A DNA stretch of 56,987 nucleotides from an uncultured virus (IMG/VR IMGVR_UViG_3300029305_009261) (lineage: Duplodnaviria; Heunggongvirae; Uroviricota; Caudoviricetes). The position numbers and the translations under genes were made by a program. Below are positions 10,452 to 20,702 of this stretch, piece after piece. Within the stretch, counting starts at the first letter, position 1. Each line of letters opens with the position of its first letter. The notes below the pieces were generated by a model. The model was given only the letters and a program-made list of their open reading frames with translations. It had not been told where the DNA came from and made no database searches. Location: the IMG/VR virus record IMGVR_UViG_3300029305_009261; one strand, given 5' to 3'.

Positions 10452-10877
10452 TTACAATGAATTTGCCATAATAGCTCTAGCTGTATACATACAAAAATTT
10501 CCGCTAAAATATTTATTTAATACCTGCAGAAACAAATCTTCTTTTGACACCAAATAAAATAGGGTCATACAGGATTGTAGTTTTAAATTATCCGGATAGC
10601 CAAATAAATGTTCCACATCTATTATCGGAGAATCTAATACAGCTTTTGTGATTTCTCTAAGGTTTGAGCCAAGAACAGGGTCAGTCATATAGGCGAGAGC
10701 TTCTTCTTTATTATGAATGGCATAATATTGTGCAGTACCGGAGAAGCCCAGACCATACATCTGTGGAAAAATAAACCACATCCAATGACCTTTTTTCTGC
10801 CCTGCTTTTATTTCAGATAATGCAGAAATATATGTAAATTCTTGAGCAGAATGAAATTTATGTAAAAAGTCATTCAC
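10452..10877 (-). CDS. DUF1810 family protein
   Basis: HWMWFIFPQ..GLG.S, PD..KL.SCMTLF. Confidence 0.85.
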   Translation of the reverse strand: MNDFLHKFHSAQEFTYISALSEIKAGQKKGHWMWFIFPQMYGLGFSGTAQYYAIHNKEEALAYMTDPVLGSNLREITKAVLDSPIIDVEHLFGYPDNLKLQSCMTLFYLVSKEDLFLQVLNKYFSGNFCMYTARAIMANSL

Positions 10878-10881
10878 ATTA

Positions 10882-11520
10882 TCACTCTCCTTTATCTAAA
10901 AGATTTGCTTTTAAAAAAGCATTATGTGGGCAGATAGATTGACAAAGGTCACACATAGGAAGTGTTGATAAAGGTTTCTGTCCTTTTTCCACATATGTGC
11001 ATAAACACTTTAATCCATCCACTTGATACGGAGTTAAACATTGAGAAGGACAAGATTGTAAACATAGGTCACAATCACCACAAGGGTTGTAGTCAGTTAG
11101 AGGCGAATCATATTGTTCTGGGATATAATCTGTAAGAACACAGGCAAAACGTAAATAAGTCCCATAGGTAGGATTGATAATTAAAGAGTTTTTACCAAAA
11201 ACACCAATACCAGATAATACACAAGCATTTTTAATACTAATACCCACAGTTACTTTCGCTTGAAATCCTTGTTGCTTTAATTCTGCTGCCAACTCTTTTG
11301 CTTTATCTCTTGCTAGTTTATAACTAGGAAAATCATCACCAAGAATTCCTTTTTTGACAACATCCATTTCTGGAGTAACAGGAGCTCCTATAACAAAAAC
11401 AGTTCGAGCTTCTTTTAAAATAGAAGAACATTTTTTTCCGGCTTCATATTTTTTTACGGGACAGTTTATATCAATTAGGTCCAAATCTGAAGCTTTACAT
11501 GTTCTAATAATAAAATCCAT
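10882..11520 (-). CDS. epoxyqueuosine reductase (QueG)-like 4Fe-4S protein
   Basis: G.FGKN.L.INP.YG, CGDC.LC...CP, CD.CQ..CP.N. Confidence 0.7.
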   Translation of the reverse strand: MDFIIRTCKASDLDLIDINCPVKKYEAGKKCSSILKEARTVFVIGAPVTPEMDVVKKGILGDDFPSYKLARDKAKELAAELKQQGFQAKVTVGISIKNACVLSGIGVFGKNSLIINPTYGTYLRFACVLTDYIPEQYDSPLTDYNPCGDCDLCLQSCPSQCLTPYQVDGLKCLCTYVEKGQKPLSTLPMCDLCQSICPHNAFLKANLLDKGE

Positions 11521-11541
11521 TATACTCCCCCCTAAAAATGG

Positions 11542-11823
11542 TTATATGTCTTTTCGTGATTTTATATATTCGTTGAAATTCGCAAGTTTTTCTTCCGAAA
11601 GAAACATTTCTACAAGTCCACAGGTAGGGCAAACTGTAGTACTAAGGCTACATTGCCAGTCTGGTTCGTCACTTGCAGAAATGTTTAACTTTTTTCTTAG
11701 CTTAGTTTGTGCCTTGGTAACTACTAATCTTGGTCCATATGCAATACCTCCGGTAATATCGGATGTGGCGTATATTTTATCAGATTCAATCATCTGCGTA
11801 TTACAATTTCTACAAAGTCTCAT
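11542..11823 (-). CDS. zinc-ribbon protein
   Basis: CRNC...CPTCG. Confidence 0.6.
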   Translation of the reverse strand: MRLCRNCNTQMIESDKIYATSDITGGIAYGPRLVVTKAQTKLRKKLNISASDEPDWQCSLSTTVCPTCGLVEMFLSEEKLANFNEYIKSRKDI

Positions 11824-11854
11824 AAAAAACTCCTTTCTAGAATAAGAGATTGGA

Positions 11855-12316
11855 TTATTTTACAACAGAAGAAATTCCACGAATCCAAGAGGGTTCATAT
11901 TCATTCATTAACCAACCAACACCTTTACTGTGATGGTCATCAAACCAGTGCCAGATTTCCTCTCTATGAGTTCCCTTATTCCATCCTTGCCAGTCAACAT
12001 CTAAACAATCGTTCTCATCTGTAGGGACATCTTCGAGTTCTTCCCAAAGTTTTTCAATTCGAGAGTCAGAAATATCGGACTTTATCTCGATGTTTCGACG
12101 GGTAAGTTCAAGTTGATATAACTCTACACGATTTTCTGATTTTGCTTCTAAATCACGAGAATAGCTTGTACCTACTTGAAAACAATGATAAGCATCTGCT
12201 TTGAATTTTGTATAGAGGATATATAAATATGCCGTTGAAATATTCTGAACGTCAAAATCTTTCTGACTCATAGCCTTATTAAAATCTTCTATAGGGCATT
12301 CTTTATAATCTAACAT
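11855..12316 (-). CDS. phage-type hypothetical protein
   Basis: LW.EL.DVP...GT.REEIWHWFD motif. Confidence 0.6.
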   Translation of the reverse strand: MLDYKECPIEDFNKAMSQKDFDVQNISTAYLYILYTKFKADAYHCFQVGTSYSRDLEAKSENRVELYQLELTRRNIEIKSDISDSRIEKLWEELEDVPTDENDCLDVDWQGWNKGTHREEIWHWFDDHHSKGVGWLMNEYEPSWIRGISSVVK

Positions 12317-12363
12317 AAAGTTCTCTCTTTGTCGTAAATTCTTATTTTATTATATACTTTCTT

Positions 12364-13188
12364 TTATTTTAAATAGTGAGTAAAATCAACTTTTCCTAAG
12401 GTTTCGCTTAAATCTTGTTCTGGGAAAAGCTCTTCAGGAGTTCGGAGCCACTCACCAATCTGACAAAATACGTCTCCGAGAGACCCTTGAATAAATAAAT
12501 CTTCTTCGCCTAGTTTAATATCGAGTTTATCCCGATTGATTACGACAAGATGTTTCCCTTGAAAATTATTGATAAAACTGGCAGCAGGCCATACTGTAAG
12601 AGAAGTACCACCAATAATTAGCATATCGGCTTCTTCAATCGCTTGTGTAGCATTATCTACGGCTTTTTTCGGTAGCTGCTCTCCATATAAAGTGACGTCT
12701 GGTCTGATTTGACCACCACATTCACATTTGGGAATTTTCTCTTTTGTAGTAAATAAAAAGTCTGGATGATATTCCATAGTGCATTTATTACAGTAACATC
12801 TCTGTGTGGTTCCATGGATTTCATAAACATTCTTACTGCCAGCTTTTTGATGTAAACCGTCAATATTTTGAGTAACAATGGCTTTTACTTTTCCAAGGTG
12901 TTCTAATTCTGCCAAAACTTTATGAGTAATATTTGGCTCAAAATTTCTGGTGTCCATCTTTTGGCGATAAAACTCATAGAACACTTTTGGATGATAGTAT
13001 AGACAATCACGACTTAACAGATATTCTGGTTGATAACCAGAAAAATTTACATCATGTTGGTTATAAAGTCCATCTTTGCTTCGGAAATCAGGAATCCCAC
13101 TTTCTGTAGATACTCCTGCACCGCCAAAGAAAACAATATTTTTGGATTCTTTTATGTAGCCTATAAGCTTGTTAATCTTATCTTGCAT
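12364..13188 (-). CDS. cobB: Sir2/CobB-family NAD-dependent deacylase
   Basis: GGAGVSTESGIPDFR, TQNIDGLH, EIHG, Zn CxxC/CxC, GTSL.V.PA. Confidence 0.9.
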   Translation of the reverse strand: MQDKINKLIGYIKESKNIVFFGGAGVSTESGIPDFRSKDGLYNQHDVNFSGYQPEYLLSRDCLYYHPKVFYEFYRQKMDTRNFEPNITHKVLAELEHLGKVKAIVTQNIDGLHQKAGSKNVYEIHGTTQRCYCNKCTMEYHPDFLFTTKEKIPKCECGGQIRPDVTLYGEQLPKKAVDNATQAIEEADMLIIGGTSLTVWPAASFINNFQGKHLVVINRDKLDIKLGEEDLFIQGSLGDVFCQIGEWLRTPEELFPEQDLSETLGKVDFTHYLK

Positions 13189-13215
13189 ATATAAACTCCT
13201 TTCAGGGATATAAGC

Positions 13216-13653
13216 TTATCTGGATTGAGGGGTAGTAGGTGGAAGATACTCATCCTCATGGAGAACAAAAGCTTTTTGTAATCTCTCCTCAAGTTTTAAT
13301 AAAAGCTGTTCTCTTTGTGATTTTACTTCTTCTACCCATCCATCATCGTTTTCTTTGATATACTGTAATGTTGTTATTGCTGCAGGAAGATATTCAAGAA
13401 GAGGCGTGTCAGAAAGATTTTGAAACCATTCTTCATTGTCTTCATAACAGCCTAAAATAGATTCATCAATTCCATTGATTGAGATATCTACTATTGCAAC
13501 CGCAAGTAGTTTTTCATCAATACCATTACAAGTCTCTATATTGGCGTTAAGATATTTTGTAAAAGTGTCTAACAAATTCGGACTATACATAAATTCGTCC
13601 AAAATATCTAATGCGCTGTCATTTTCTAATACTTCAAAACTCCAAGCACCCAT
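13216..13653 (-). CDS. DUF4259-like protein
   Basis: N-terminal MGAW....ENDSALD. Confidence 0.65.
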   Translation of the reverse strand: MGAWSFEVLENDSALDILDEFMYSPNLLDTFTKYLNANIETCNGIDEKLLAVAIVDISINGIDESILGCYEDNEEWFQNLSDTPLLEYLPAAITTLQYIKENDDGWVEEVKSQREQLLLKLEERLQKAFVLHEDEYLPPTTPQSR

Positions 13654-13666
13654 AAAAAGCTCCTTT

Positions 13667-14818
13667 CTAAATTAGTGGAAATTGCTGATTATTTGTAAGA
13701 ATATCTTCTTGTAACTCATGGGTTACGGGTTTTAAAGGATGTTCAGGTAATCTTCTTCCTACAAACGGGATATTTTTTAATTGTTCTGCTTTATTACTCA
13801 TTACAACACATCCATGACCAATTAAGTTAATTGCATAAAAATCTTCATGAGGAGATGGATAATTGTTTTTTATTGCCGTCATGACTTCTTCAACTTCTTC
13901 CAAACCTCCACAAGGAACCATCTGTTCTGTAAATGGAGCTCCATCTATATAGACATGAGCATGAATCATATAATTGATTTCCGGAAGTCTTGCATAAAGT
14001 TGTAATTGAATTGGTGTATCTACAGATGGTTTGTTTGGTCCACTATAGAATACGGAGCCATCATAATTAAGCTTTGTAGGAACAAAGTTATCTTTGTCAA
14101 TATAACGTTTATCTACATTCCTACGGCTCACATAAATAACACCATTGTCTGACCGAAAAGACGGGAAACCTCGTTCACAACGGGTTCTGTTTTCTTCACG
14201 AAAACTAGAGTTGCCAAGAAAACGAGTTACACCTTCTTCCGGATGGATTAGATGATGAAATATTTCGGCATAATCTTTTACAACGTTAAAAAACTCTACA
14301 TTGTTTGGAATAGTTACTGGAATATCTATAGCAGTACAACCTTTTCTTGTAATAGTTTTTAAATATTCTGTACGGGAAGCCATTGCTTCTGCTAATTCCT
14401 TTATATCAAATCCGTCATACCAAGCATTACCAAGAGGGTCAAATAACATCATTTTATATTGGTCCCCTACTTTAGAAAACTCTACACAAAGGTTAGATTT
14501 TGTTTGGAGAGCCCGGTTGATGAGTTCTTGAAAAGTGTACTGGTTATCGTTATTACGCTTGCTGGTAATTAACATAACTTTAGGATTCACAGATTTTACA
14601 TCTCTTAGTTTTGGCTTATCATTTGGAATGTTTGGACACCAAAATACAGCATCATAATTTTTTGTGGATTCTAAGAGGTTTTCAATATTGGGATAATATC
14701 CACCATTATATACAGTCACTTTATGTTCTTTAGGAATAGCTAAAGCAATTTTATTGATAAGAGAAGATGGTCTACCTCCATTGTCATCAAAATTACCGCC
14801 TACAATTAAAAAATTCAT
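13667..14818 (-). CDS. protein with C-terminal class II aldolase/adducin-like domain
   Basis: GNSS.R, KPSVD, H.H (IHAH), GHG. Confidence 0.65.
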   Translation of the reverse strand: MNFLIVGGNFDDNGGRPSSLINKIALAIPKEHKVTVYNGGYYPNIENLLESTKNYDAVFWCPNIPNDKPKLRDVKSVNPKVMLITSKRNNDNQYTFQELINRALQTKSNLCVEFSKVGDQYKMMLFDPLGNAWYDGFDIKELAEAMASRTEYLKTITRKGCTAIDIPVTIPNNVEFFNVVKDYAEIFHHLIHPEEGVTRFLGNSSFREENRTRCERGFPSFRSDNGVIYVSRRNVDKRYIDKDNFVPTKLNYDGSVFYSGPNKPSVDTPIQLQLYARLPEINYMIHAHVYIDGAPFTEQMVPCGGLEEVEEVMTAIKNNYPSPHEDFYAINLIGHGCVVMSNKAEQLKNIPFVGRRLPEHPLKPVTHELQEDILTNNQQFPLI

Positions 14819-15006
14819 GATATTCTCTCCTTAATCGTCAAAGTAATCTCCAGAGTCATAATAATCTCCATAGTCTAATGGCCCACAAATTTTGCGGTCA
14901 ATATAGCATAAAACAATAGTACCAACTACCAATAAAAAACCTTTCATATAAAAACTCCTTTCTATATACGAAGAAACTCTGTAACAGCAATGACTTTTTT
15001 CATACT

Positions 15007-15606
15007 CTATCGAGATAAATTTTGTATTCTTCCTTGAACTAAGCCAGCAAAGTCTTCTTCCAGAGAAATCTTTTTTACGTTTTCAATAAATAGTCGGCAG
15101 GTTAAGTCATTTCCTGACAACTCTTCTGTTCTGTTATTTTCATCAAATCCTAATAGTCCCCATGGGCAGAATTCTTTCAACTGAGATTCAACACGTTCTT
15201 GTTCTTTCATATACTTTTCAAATTCTTTTAATGGAAGTTTTTGTGCTGTTTCAACAATGGGATAATCGTATACAGGAGAAACGGTTCTCATATTTTCCGG
15301 TTCTAAATATGGAGCATTTACGCAATAGGAAAAGCTAATCATATTTGTTTTAATATGAATTTGTTCGCCTTTATTATAGAAATCTTCGCCTTCATATACG
15401 ATTGGTTCTTTTAAAACGGCATAACCAATCAAATTACCGTAAATTGCAGCAAGTTCTATATTTCCTAAATAGGCAGCGATTACGGTAATTTTATCAGTGG
15501 ATAATTTTTGAAGATATTCTGAAGAAAGAGTCAATGCAACAGAATCATCAAATATGCGTTCTCGAAGTTCTTTAGAAACATTATTGTCTGATTTATAGCA
15601 TTTCAT
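15007..15606 (-). CDS. hypothetical protein, paralog family A
   Basis: LSTDKITVIAAYL, LIGYA, LSGNDLTCRLFI. Confidence 0.7.
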   Translation of the reverse strand: MKCYKSDNNVSKELRERIFDDSVALTLSSEYLQKLSTDKITVIAAYLGNIELAAIYGNLIGYAVLKEPIVYEGEDFYNKGEQIHIKTNMISFSYCVNAPYLEPENMRTVSPVYDYPIVETAQKLPLKEFEKYMKEQERVESQLKEFCPWGLLGFDENNRTEELSGNDLTCRLFIENVKKISLEEDFAGLVQGRIQNLSR

Positions 15607-15618
15607 AAAACTGTCTCC

Positions 15619-16098
15619 TTATCTTGATAAAGCCTGAATCGAAGAACACTCTTCTATTCGGTCTTTTCCTTTAAAAATAAGTTCATCTACTCGAATGATA
15701 TAAGCTTTTCTAGCATTTTGGTCACAATGCTCGTCAGTTTCATCAATACAATGCTGTAATGGGAAATTCACTAAGTCTTCGATAGTTTCAATGGAATCAC
15801 AATACTCTTGTATTTCTTCCTCTTGACGTTCTTCGTAAGCCTTCCAAGCTTCTTTTGGAGAAGAGTATAAATTCTGTATGTATACGTCGCCTTCAATGTA
15901 GATAAAAAAAGGAGTGACATCATCATCTTTTGAATGATAAAACATCTTTTCAACTTTAACAGAAATATCATAAATTTTTAAAATCCGAGCTTTGATAACA
16001 CAATCGGAACTATAATCATAATAATATACAAATTTTCCGACAGATAGATTGTCTTTGGTAAGTGGTTGAGTCATAAAATAAACTCCTTTTTTTTTCAT
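15619..16098 (-). CDS. hypothetical protein, paralog family B
   Basis: YC..I.T.EDL.NFPL.HCI shared with 21065..21520. Confidence 0.65.
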   Translation of the reverse strand: MKKKGVYFMTQPLTKDNLSVGKFVYYYDYSSDCVIKARILKIYDISVKVEKMFYHSKDDDVTPFFIYIEGDVYIQNLYSSPKEAWKAYEERQEEEIQEYCDSIETIEDLVNFPLQHCIDETDEHCDQNARKAYIIRVDELIFKGKDRIEECSSIQALSR

Positions 16099-16102
16099 GA
16101 GA

Positions 16103-16747
16103 TTACTTTGTCATACTTTGAGAATAAGTTTTTTCTGTATTGATATTTAGTTCCTGTAAAATTAAATCTGGAGATTTTTTATAGGAAATATGTTTCCATT
16201 CTTCTTTCGTAAGAAAAATGTTTGTATGATGCCAATCGATTAAATCTATTCCACCATATTCCTCTAAATCTCCATTTATGGTAAATCCAAAACGACATAG
16301 TACTTTTTTAGGGAAATAGCCATTAACTTCAATTGCAAGACCAATATCATCATAATCGGAATAAACCACTTCATAACTAGGTTCTGATGGCTTTGAGGAA
16401 GCTTTAGACTGTTTTGAAGAATTTTCGATTGAAATGTTCCGGTGAGCTAACTCTTTTTCAATATCGGCTTTTTCTTCATAGAGGATTGTACATTTGTGTG
16501 CAGAAATGTGCCAGTCAGACAATTCTCCTTCAATTTCTTCTAAACGACGTAACAATTTCTCTTTTGGTACTGAGTAAAGTTTGGAACTCATAACGGTAGA
16601 TGTTTTTGAGTTTTCTTTTGCTTTACTGGATATTACTTTGTTTAATGCAGAAATTGCAACACTGACTGCAGTATATTCGTTACCTACGAGAACATCCTTT
16701 GTGGATAACAGACGTTCTAATATTTGTTTAGATTCTTGCTCTGTCAT
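16103..16747 (-). CDS. hypothetical protein
   Basis: ORF with AGGAG RBS. Confidence 0.6.
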   Translation of the reverse strand: MTEQESKQILERLLSTKDVLVGNEYTAVSVAISALNKVISSKAKENSKTSTVMSSKLYSVPKEKLLRRLEEIEGELSDWHISAHKCTILYEEKADIEKELAHRNISIENSSKQSKASSKPSEPSYEVVYSDYDDIGLAIEVNGYFPKKVLCRFGFTINGDLEEYGGIDLIDWHHTNIFLTKEEWKHISYKKSPDLILQELNINTEKTYSQSMTK

Positions 16748-16759
16748 TATAGGGACTCC

Positions 16760-17056
16760 TTACCTAATAAGTGCATGAGTTTTGTGAGAAAAGTCTTTAT
16801 GTTCTTCTGAAGAATTCTTTTTGTTTAATGGAGAAACTTTTTTAAAAATTCGGTGCTCTTTAAAATTCTTTTGGATTTCTTCTATAGTCCACCATGCATT
16901 TTTACCAAAGTCTCTATCACATTCATTGTGAGTCATTGGGTCAATATAAGTAACACTATACTGTTCTTTTTGTGTGGTACTAATATCAACGATAACTGCC
17001 AATGCTGGCTTTCCTTTCACTTTAAATATATCTCCAATATGATATAAGGTATTCAT
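16760..17056 (-). CDS. hypothetical protein
   Basis: ORF with AGGAG RBS. Confidence 0.6.
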   Translation of the reverse strand: MNTLYHIGDIFKVKGKPALAVIVDISTTQKEQYSVTYIDPMTHNECDRDFGKNAWWTIEEIQKNFKEHRIFKKVSPLNKKNSSEEHKDFSHKTHALIR

Positions 17057-17162
17057 TTTTAAAAGGCTCCTTATTTTGTATTTGCTTGTGGTTGATATGG
17101 CAAGATAGAATAATACCTCTTATCGTAAATTGATGGTGTTTAACATTTTTATGCTCTATGCT

Positions 17163-17474
17163 TTATCCTATATCCAAAATCTTTTTGCGGTCTTCACGTA
17201 AGTTCTTAATAATTTCCATATAGAAGTCTATTTCTGAATCGATATATTGAAGAAATAATTCTTTTGCTTTTGCTCCATCAGGCTCTTTTAGATATAATAC
17301 ACCAAGATTGTTTACATGTCCGATGTCATCATTAGAGATAATTTTGTTATAGCCATAATATTGACTTTCTACTTCAAAAGTACCTTCATGTAGGCTTGCT
17401 TCTATTTCAACCCCCATAATGGTTGGAAAATTAGACATTGCGTGATAATTATAAACATATTCATATAATTTCAT
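17163..17474 (-). CDS. hypothetical protein (related to N-terminus of 17481..18011)
   Basis: MKLY..., EP...KAKE shared. Confidence 0.6.
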   Translation of the reverse strand: MKLYEYVYNYHAMSNFPTIMGVEIEASLHEGTFEVESQYYGYNKIISNDDIGHVNNLGVLYLKEPDGAKAKELFLQYIDSEIDFYMEIIKNLREDRKKILDIG

Positions 17475-17480
17475 AAGTTT

Positions 17481-18011
17481 TTACCTTCCTAATGTAGGAC
17501 TTGTGCAGTATTTTTGGTAATATTCATAAGCCTCTTCTTCCGGCATCTGAGCTAAAACATCATCTAAAGCGCTCTTCATTTCTTCGTCTGTGGCAAAATC
17601 TAAATCATGGTCCAGAATATCCACCATGGCATCTGCACCTGCAAAGAAAACATTTTTCTTTAGTTCTTCATACATTTCTTCTGTCATAAGAGGTTCTGTT
17701 TTCGAAGAAAAAGATAACCTTGCTAATACTTGACAGTCTTTTTCTAATTCAAGGACAGATTTCCGTCTTGCATCGAGTTTCTTTTTAAGAGCTTCTAATA
17801 TAATCTCTTTTGCTTTTTCATAATTAGGTTCCAATAAAAATACGGTGGTACCATAATCAGAGAAGATTTTATTAACAGAGTCTTTTGCTATGCGTCGTTT
17901 GCCAAAAGCACCTTCGAATTCATAGATTTTTGGCTTTTCAACAGCATCACGTTCTGTCATAGTAATTGGGTTTTTATCACCCTTGAAATAGTCAAATTGA
18001 TATAATTTCAT
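17481..18011 (-). CDS. hypothetical protein
   Basis: Start moved to the ATG after AAGGA. Confidence 0.6.
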   Translation of the reverse strand: MKLYQFDYFKGDKNPITMTERDAVEKPKIYEFEGAFGKRRIAKDSVNKIFSDYGTTVFLLEPNYEKAKEIILEALKKKLDARRKSVLELEKDCQVLARLSFSSKTEPLMTEEMYEELKKNVFFAGADAMVDILDHDLDFATDEEMKSALDDVLAQMPEEEAYEYYQKYCTSPTLGR

Positions 18012-18043
18012 AGATAACATCCTTTTATTGAAAACACTTATAT

Positions 18044-18475
18044 TTATCGTGATATGTTTTGTGGAGCCGGATGAATTTCTGGAGATTCTTCTTCCCAAAA
18101 TCTCATATCCGGTTGAATTTCACCAGAAGAAATCATTTCAAATAGTTGAGTATAGTTTTTCCTAACTTCATCAATTTGCTTCATCATATTTTCCATATAA
18201 TTAGAAAAAGCAACCTTTGCCCCACTATATAACACTTGTCTTGCTATTGTATCATTTCTCTCAAAAGAATAATAAGTTCTTTGATTTGAAACTGCCGGAT
18301 TATCAATAAGCGATGTTTCTACTTTAAGATGCGTATCTATTTCAGCAAATGTTTTTCCGTCTTGTTTTACAACATTGGTAATTCTTTTTTTTCTAATATG
18401 GAATTCATTTGGATAAGCAGAATATTCATATACTGTTTTTCCAATAAGGGGATGATTATCAAGGTTAAAAACCAT
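18044..18475 (-). CDS. hypothetical protein
   Basis: ORF in co-oriented block. Confidence 0.6.
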   Translation of the reverse strand: MVFNLDNHPLIGKTVYEYSAYPNEFHIRKKRITNVVKQDGKTFAEIDTHLKVETSLIDNPAVSNQRTYYSFERNDTIARQVLYSGAKVAFSNYMENMMKQIDEVRKNYTQLFEMISSGEIQPDMRFWEEESPEIHPAPQNISR

Positions 18476-18501
18476 AAATTTAAGCGCCTTTCTAGTTGCA
18501 A

Positions 18502-18969
18502 TTACCTTTTATATAATTGATATTTTTTGCTAATTTGATGAGCAATTTCATCCGGCAATGGCTTAAACCAAATGCCAACAGTTGTGGTCCCATCTTCATT
18601 TTCTGGAATAAGCTCTGTTAAACAGTTGTCATTGATGATTCCAAAGTCAATATTTTCAGTCAGTCCCAATGATTCTGCAATAGTTTTTGCTTTTAAAAGA
18701 TGAGTCTTATTTTTAGCCTCACAGATTGTTTTAACAAAAGAACCCTGTAAATACTGTTCAAATTCTTCTTTATCAAGTTTTAAGAATGCTTTGTAATAAT
18801 TTGCATCTACCGGAAGCATTGCAGTTGTAAAGTCATTGACAAAACCTATAGCTGTTCTTTGAATCATTCTGGTCCAATATCCTTCTGCACAATGAGCCAC
18901 CATAGCTGCGAGCTTTCCTGCGGATAAATTAAGGTCTTTACGAATTATAAAAACACGACGAAAACTCAT
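18502..18969 (-). CDS. peptidyl-tRNA hydrolase type 2 (Pth2)
   Basis: IRKDL.LS.GKLAA..AH, K.I, I.D...TE, T.VG..P, L.LY. Confidence 0.8.
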   Translation of the reverse strand: MSFRRVFIIRKDLNLSAGKLAAMVAHCAEGYWTRMIQRTAIGFVNDFTTAMLPVDANYYKAFLKLDKEEFEQYLQGSFVKTICEAKNKTHLLKAKTIAESLGLTENIDFGIINDNCLTELIPENEDGTTTVGIWFKPLPDEIAHQISKKYQLYKR

Positions 18970-18985
18970 TTACTCTTACCTCTGT

Positions 18986-19495
18986 TTAATGTTGCATTGC
19001 TTGTTTAGGGAGCTGAGAACAGTGTTCGTACTGTTGTGTCTCTTCTACCCATTCTGACCATTGAATTCCATTTCTTGTTCTGAATGGATATTTATCAAAT
19101 CTTCCAGTCTCCAGATAGGTATGAATACAAGAAATATCTAATTCTAATAGTTCTTCCTGTTTATGGATAAGACTTATTGATTTTTCTGGAGCAAATTCAT
19201 AATTTCTTACAGAAGCTTCACTAATATTACAAGCTCCATAAAAGTCATGGATAAAATCCAAGACATCTACGTTTGCTAATTTTTCATCAGTTTTCTCAAT
19301 ATCCGGAAGTTTGTTTTCACGAATATCTTTAATTAAATGATAAAAAGTTTCTGCAAACTCATATACCAATTTAAAATAGCCTGTTCCGTATTTCATGTTT
19401 TCTTCGTAGCCTCTACGAAAAGGATTTTCTTTAATTAAGTCATGAAGTTCTTGAAGCTTTGTTTTGTATTCAGAAATAGTGTTGTAATGACTCAT
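18986..19495 (-). CDS. hypothetical protein
   Basis: ORF with AGGAG RBS. Confidence 0.6.
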   Translation of the reverse strand: MSHYNTISEYKTKLQELHDLIKENPFRRGYEENMKYGTGYFKLVYEFAETFYHLIKDIRENKLPDIEKTDEKLANVDVLDFIHDFYGACNISEASVRNYEFAPEKSISLIHKQEELLELDISCIHTYLETGRFDKYPFRTRNGIQWSEWVEETQQYEHCSQLPKQAMQH

Positions 19496-19505
19496 AAGAA
19501 TCTCC

Positions 19506-19982
19506 TTATCTGTAAAGAGTATAGTTTTCTACTTGTGCTTTTTGTGGAGTTCCGTCTTTGATAATTTTGATTGCTTTACTTTTCCAAATCATGGGTTCTT
19601 TTCCATCTCGGACAAGTAAGCCATCTTCATCTGTTGCAGATTGATTTATTTCCTCTATAACTTTATCAACGTCATAAGCAATTGGCATTTCAACAATTTC
19701 TTGTCTTATTTTATCGACTCTGCAGTTGTATTGATAATCTTGAGAATTCATACAGTTAATATATCCTAATTCATCCAGAAGTTTTAATACATCTGCTTTG
19801 CTTATCAGGTCTGTAGGCATAAGATTAATGTTCTCCTCTTCTAAAAGTTCTTTACGATATTCTTCTTCACAATATTTTGCATATTCTTCTTCATAAGCTA
19901 GTTGTTGCCGATATTCTTCTAGTTCCATTTGAACAGCAAATTCATATTCTTCATCTGAATAGAAATCACATCTACTTACCAT
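19506..19982 (-). CDS. phage-type hypothetical protein
   Basis: DLISK...P.AYDVDKV motif common in Clostridia phage small genes. Confidence 0.6.
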   Translation of the reverse strand: MVSRCDFYSDEEYEFAVQMELEEYRQQLAYEEEYAKYCEEEYRKELLEEENINLMPTDLISKADVLKLLDELGYINCMNSQDYQYNCRVDKIRQEIVEMPIAYDVDKVIEEINQSATDEDGLLVRDGKEPMIWKSKAIKIIKDGTPQKAQVENYTLYR

Positions 19983-20009
19983 AATAAAACATCCTTATTT
20001 CGAAAATAC

Positions 20010-20684
20010 TTATTTTTGTAAAGGAATATTTGCATATTTAGAATGCTGTAACGCTTCTTCTTCATCAAAAAACAAATCTATTCCAAGGCGAGACGCGAGA
20101 TAGTCTCCGCCACGAAATTCTTTGTCTCCGTCGATTTCAATGACTACTTGTGGAGTTCCCTTATAAATTTTATCGTCTGAATCAAAAAAATCACTCCAAT
20201 AAGCCCCTTCAAACCGCACTCCGGTAATGGTATGAGTTTCCATCTTCCAACTTGGATTAGCCCAATAAATAGGACGGCCAATCATTGCCTTTAATAAAGG
20301 TATTTGTACCCGGATTGCATTAACCTTCTCTTCTTCTAATTTTTCATTTGCTTTTTCTAAAACTACAATTCGATTTGCAGCTCCGGAAATAAGACTTTTT
20401 GTATTATTATTTAAAATTGATAAAGAAGAGAGGTCCTTTAATTTTTCTACCAATCCTTTTGGTCTTAAGGATTCTGCTTCTGCAGATTCGTATTTTTCTA
20501 ATTTTTTAAGCCAATTAACTAGCTGAGAAAATTCATCAGCCATTTTTTGAGCATCTTCTGCACCACTTGTAATCGTTGATTTTGGGTCTCCATAGTCTTT
20601 AAAACCACGGAAAGCTTTTGCCAGATTATCTTTTTCACTAGATAATTGTTCATATTTTTGAATTGCTTCAGTCAAAGAATACAT
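20010..20684 (-). CDS. hypothetical protein
   Basis: ORF with AAGGA RBS. Confidence 0.6.
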   Translation of the reverse strand: MYSLTEAIQKYEQLSSEKDNLAKAFRGFKDYGDPKSTITSGAEDAQKMADEFSQLVNWLKKLEKYESAEAESLRPKGLVEKLKDLSSLSILNNNTKSLISGAANRIVVLEKANEKLEEEKVNAIRVQIPLLKAMIGRPIYWANPSWKMETHTITGVRFEGAYWSDFFDSDDKIYKGTPQVVIEIDGDKEFRGGDYLASRLGIDLFFDEEEALQHSKYANIPLQK

Positions 20685-20702
20685 AAGATAATTCCTTTCT
20701 TT

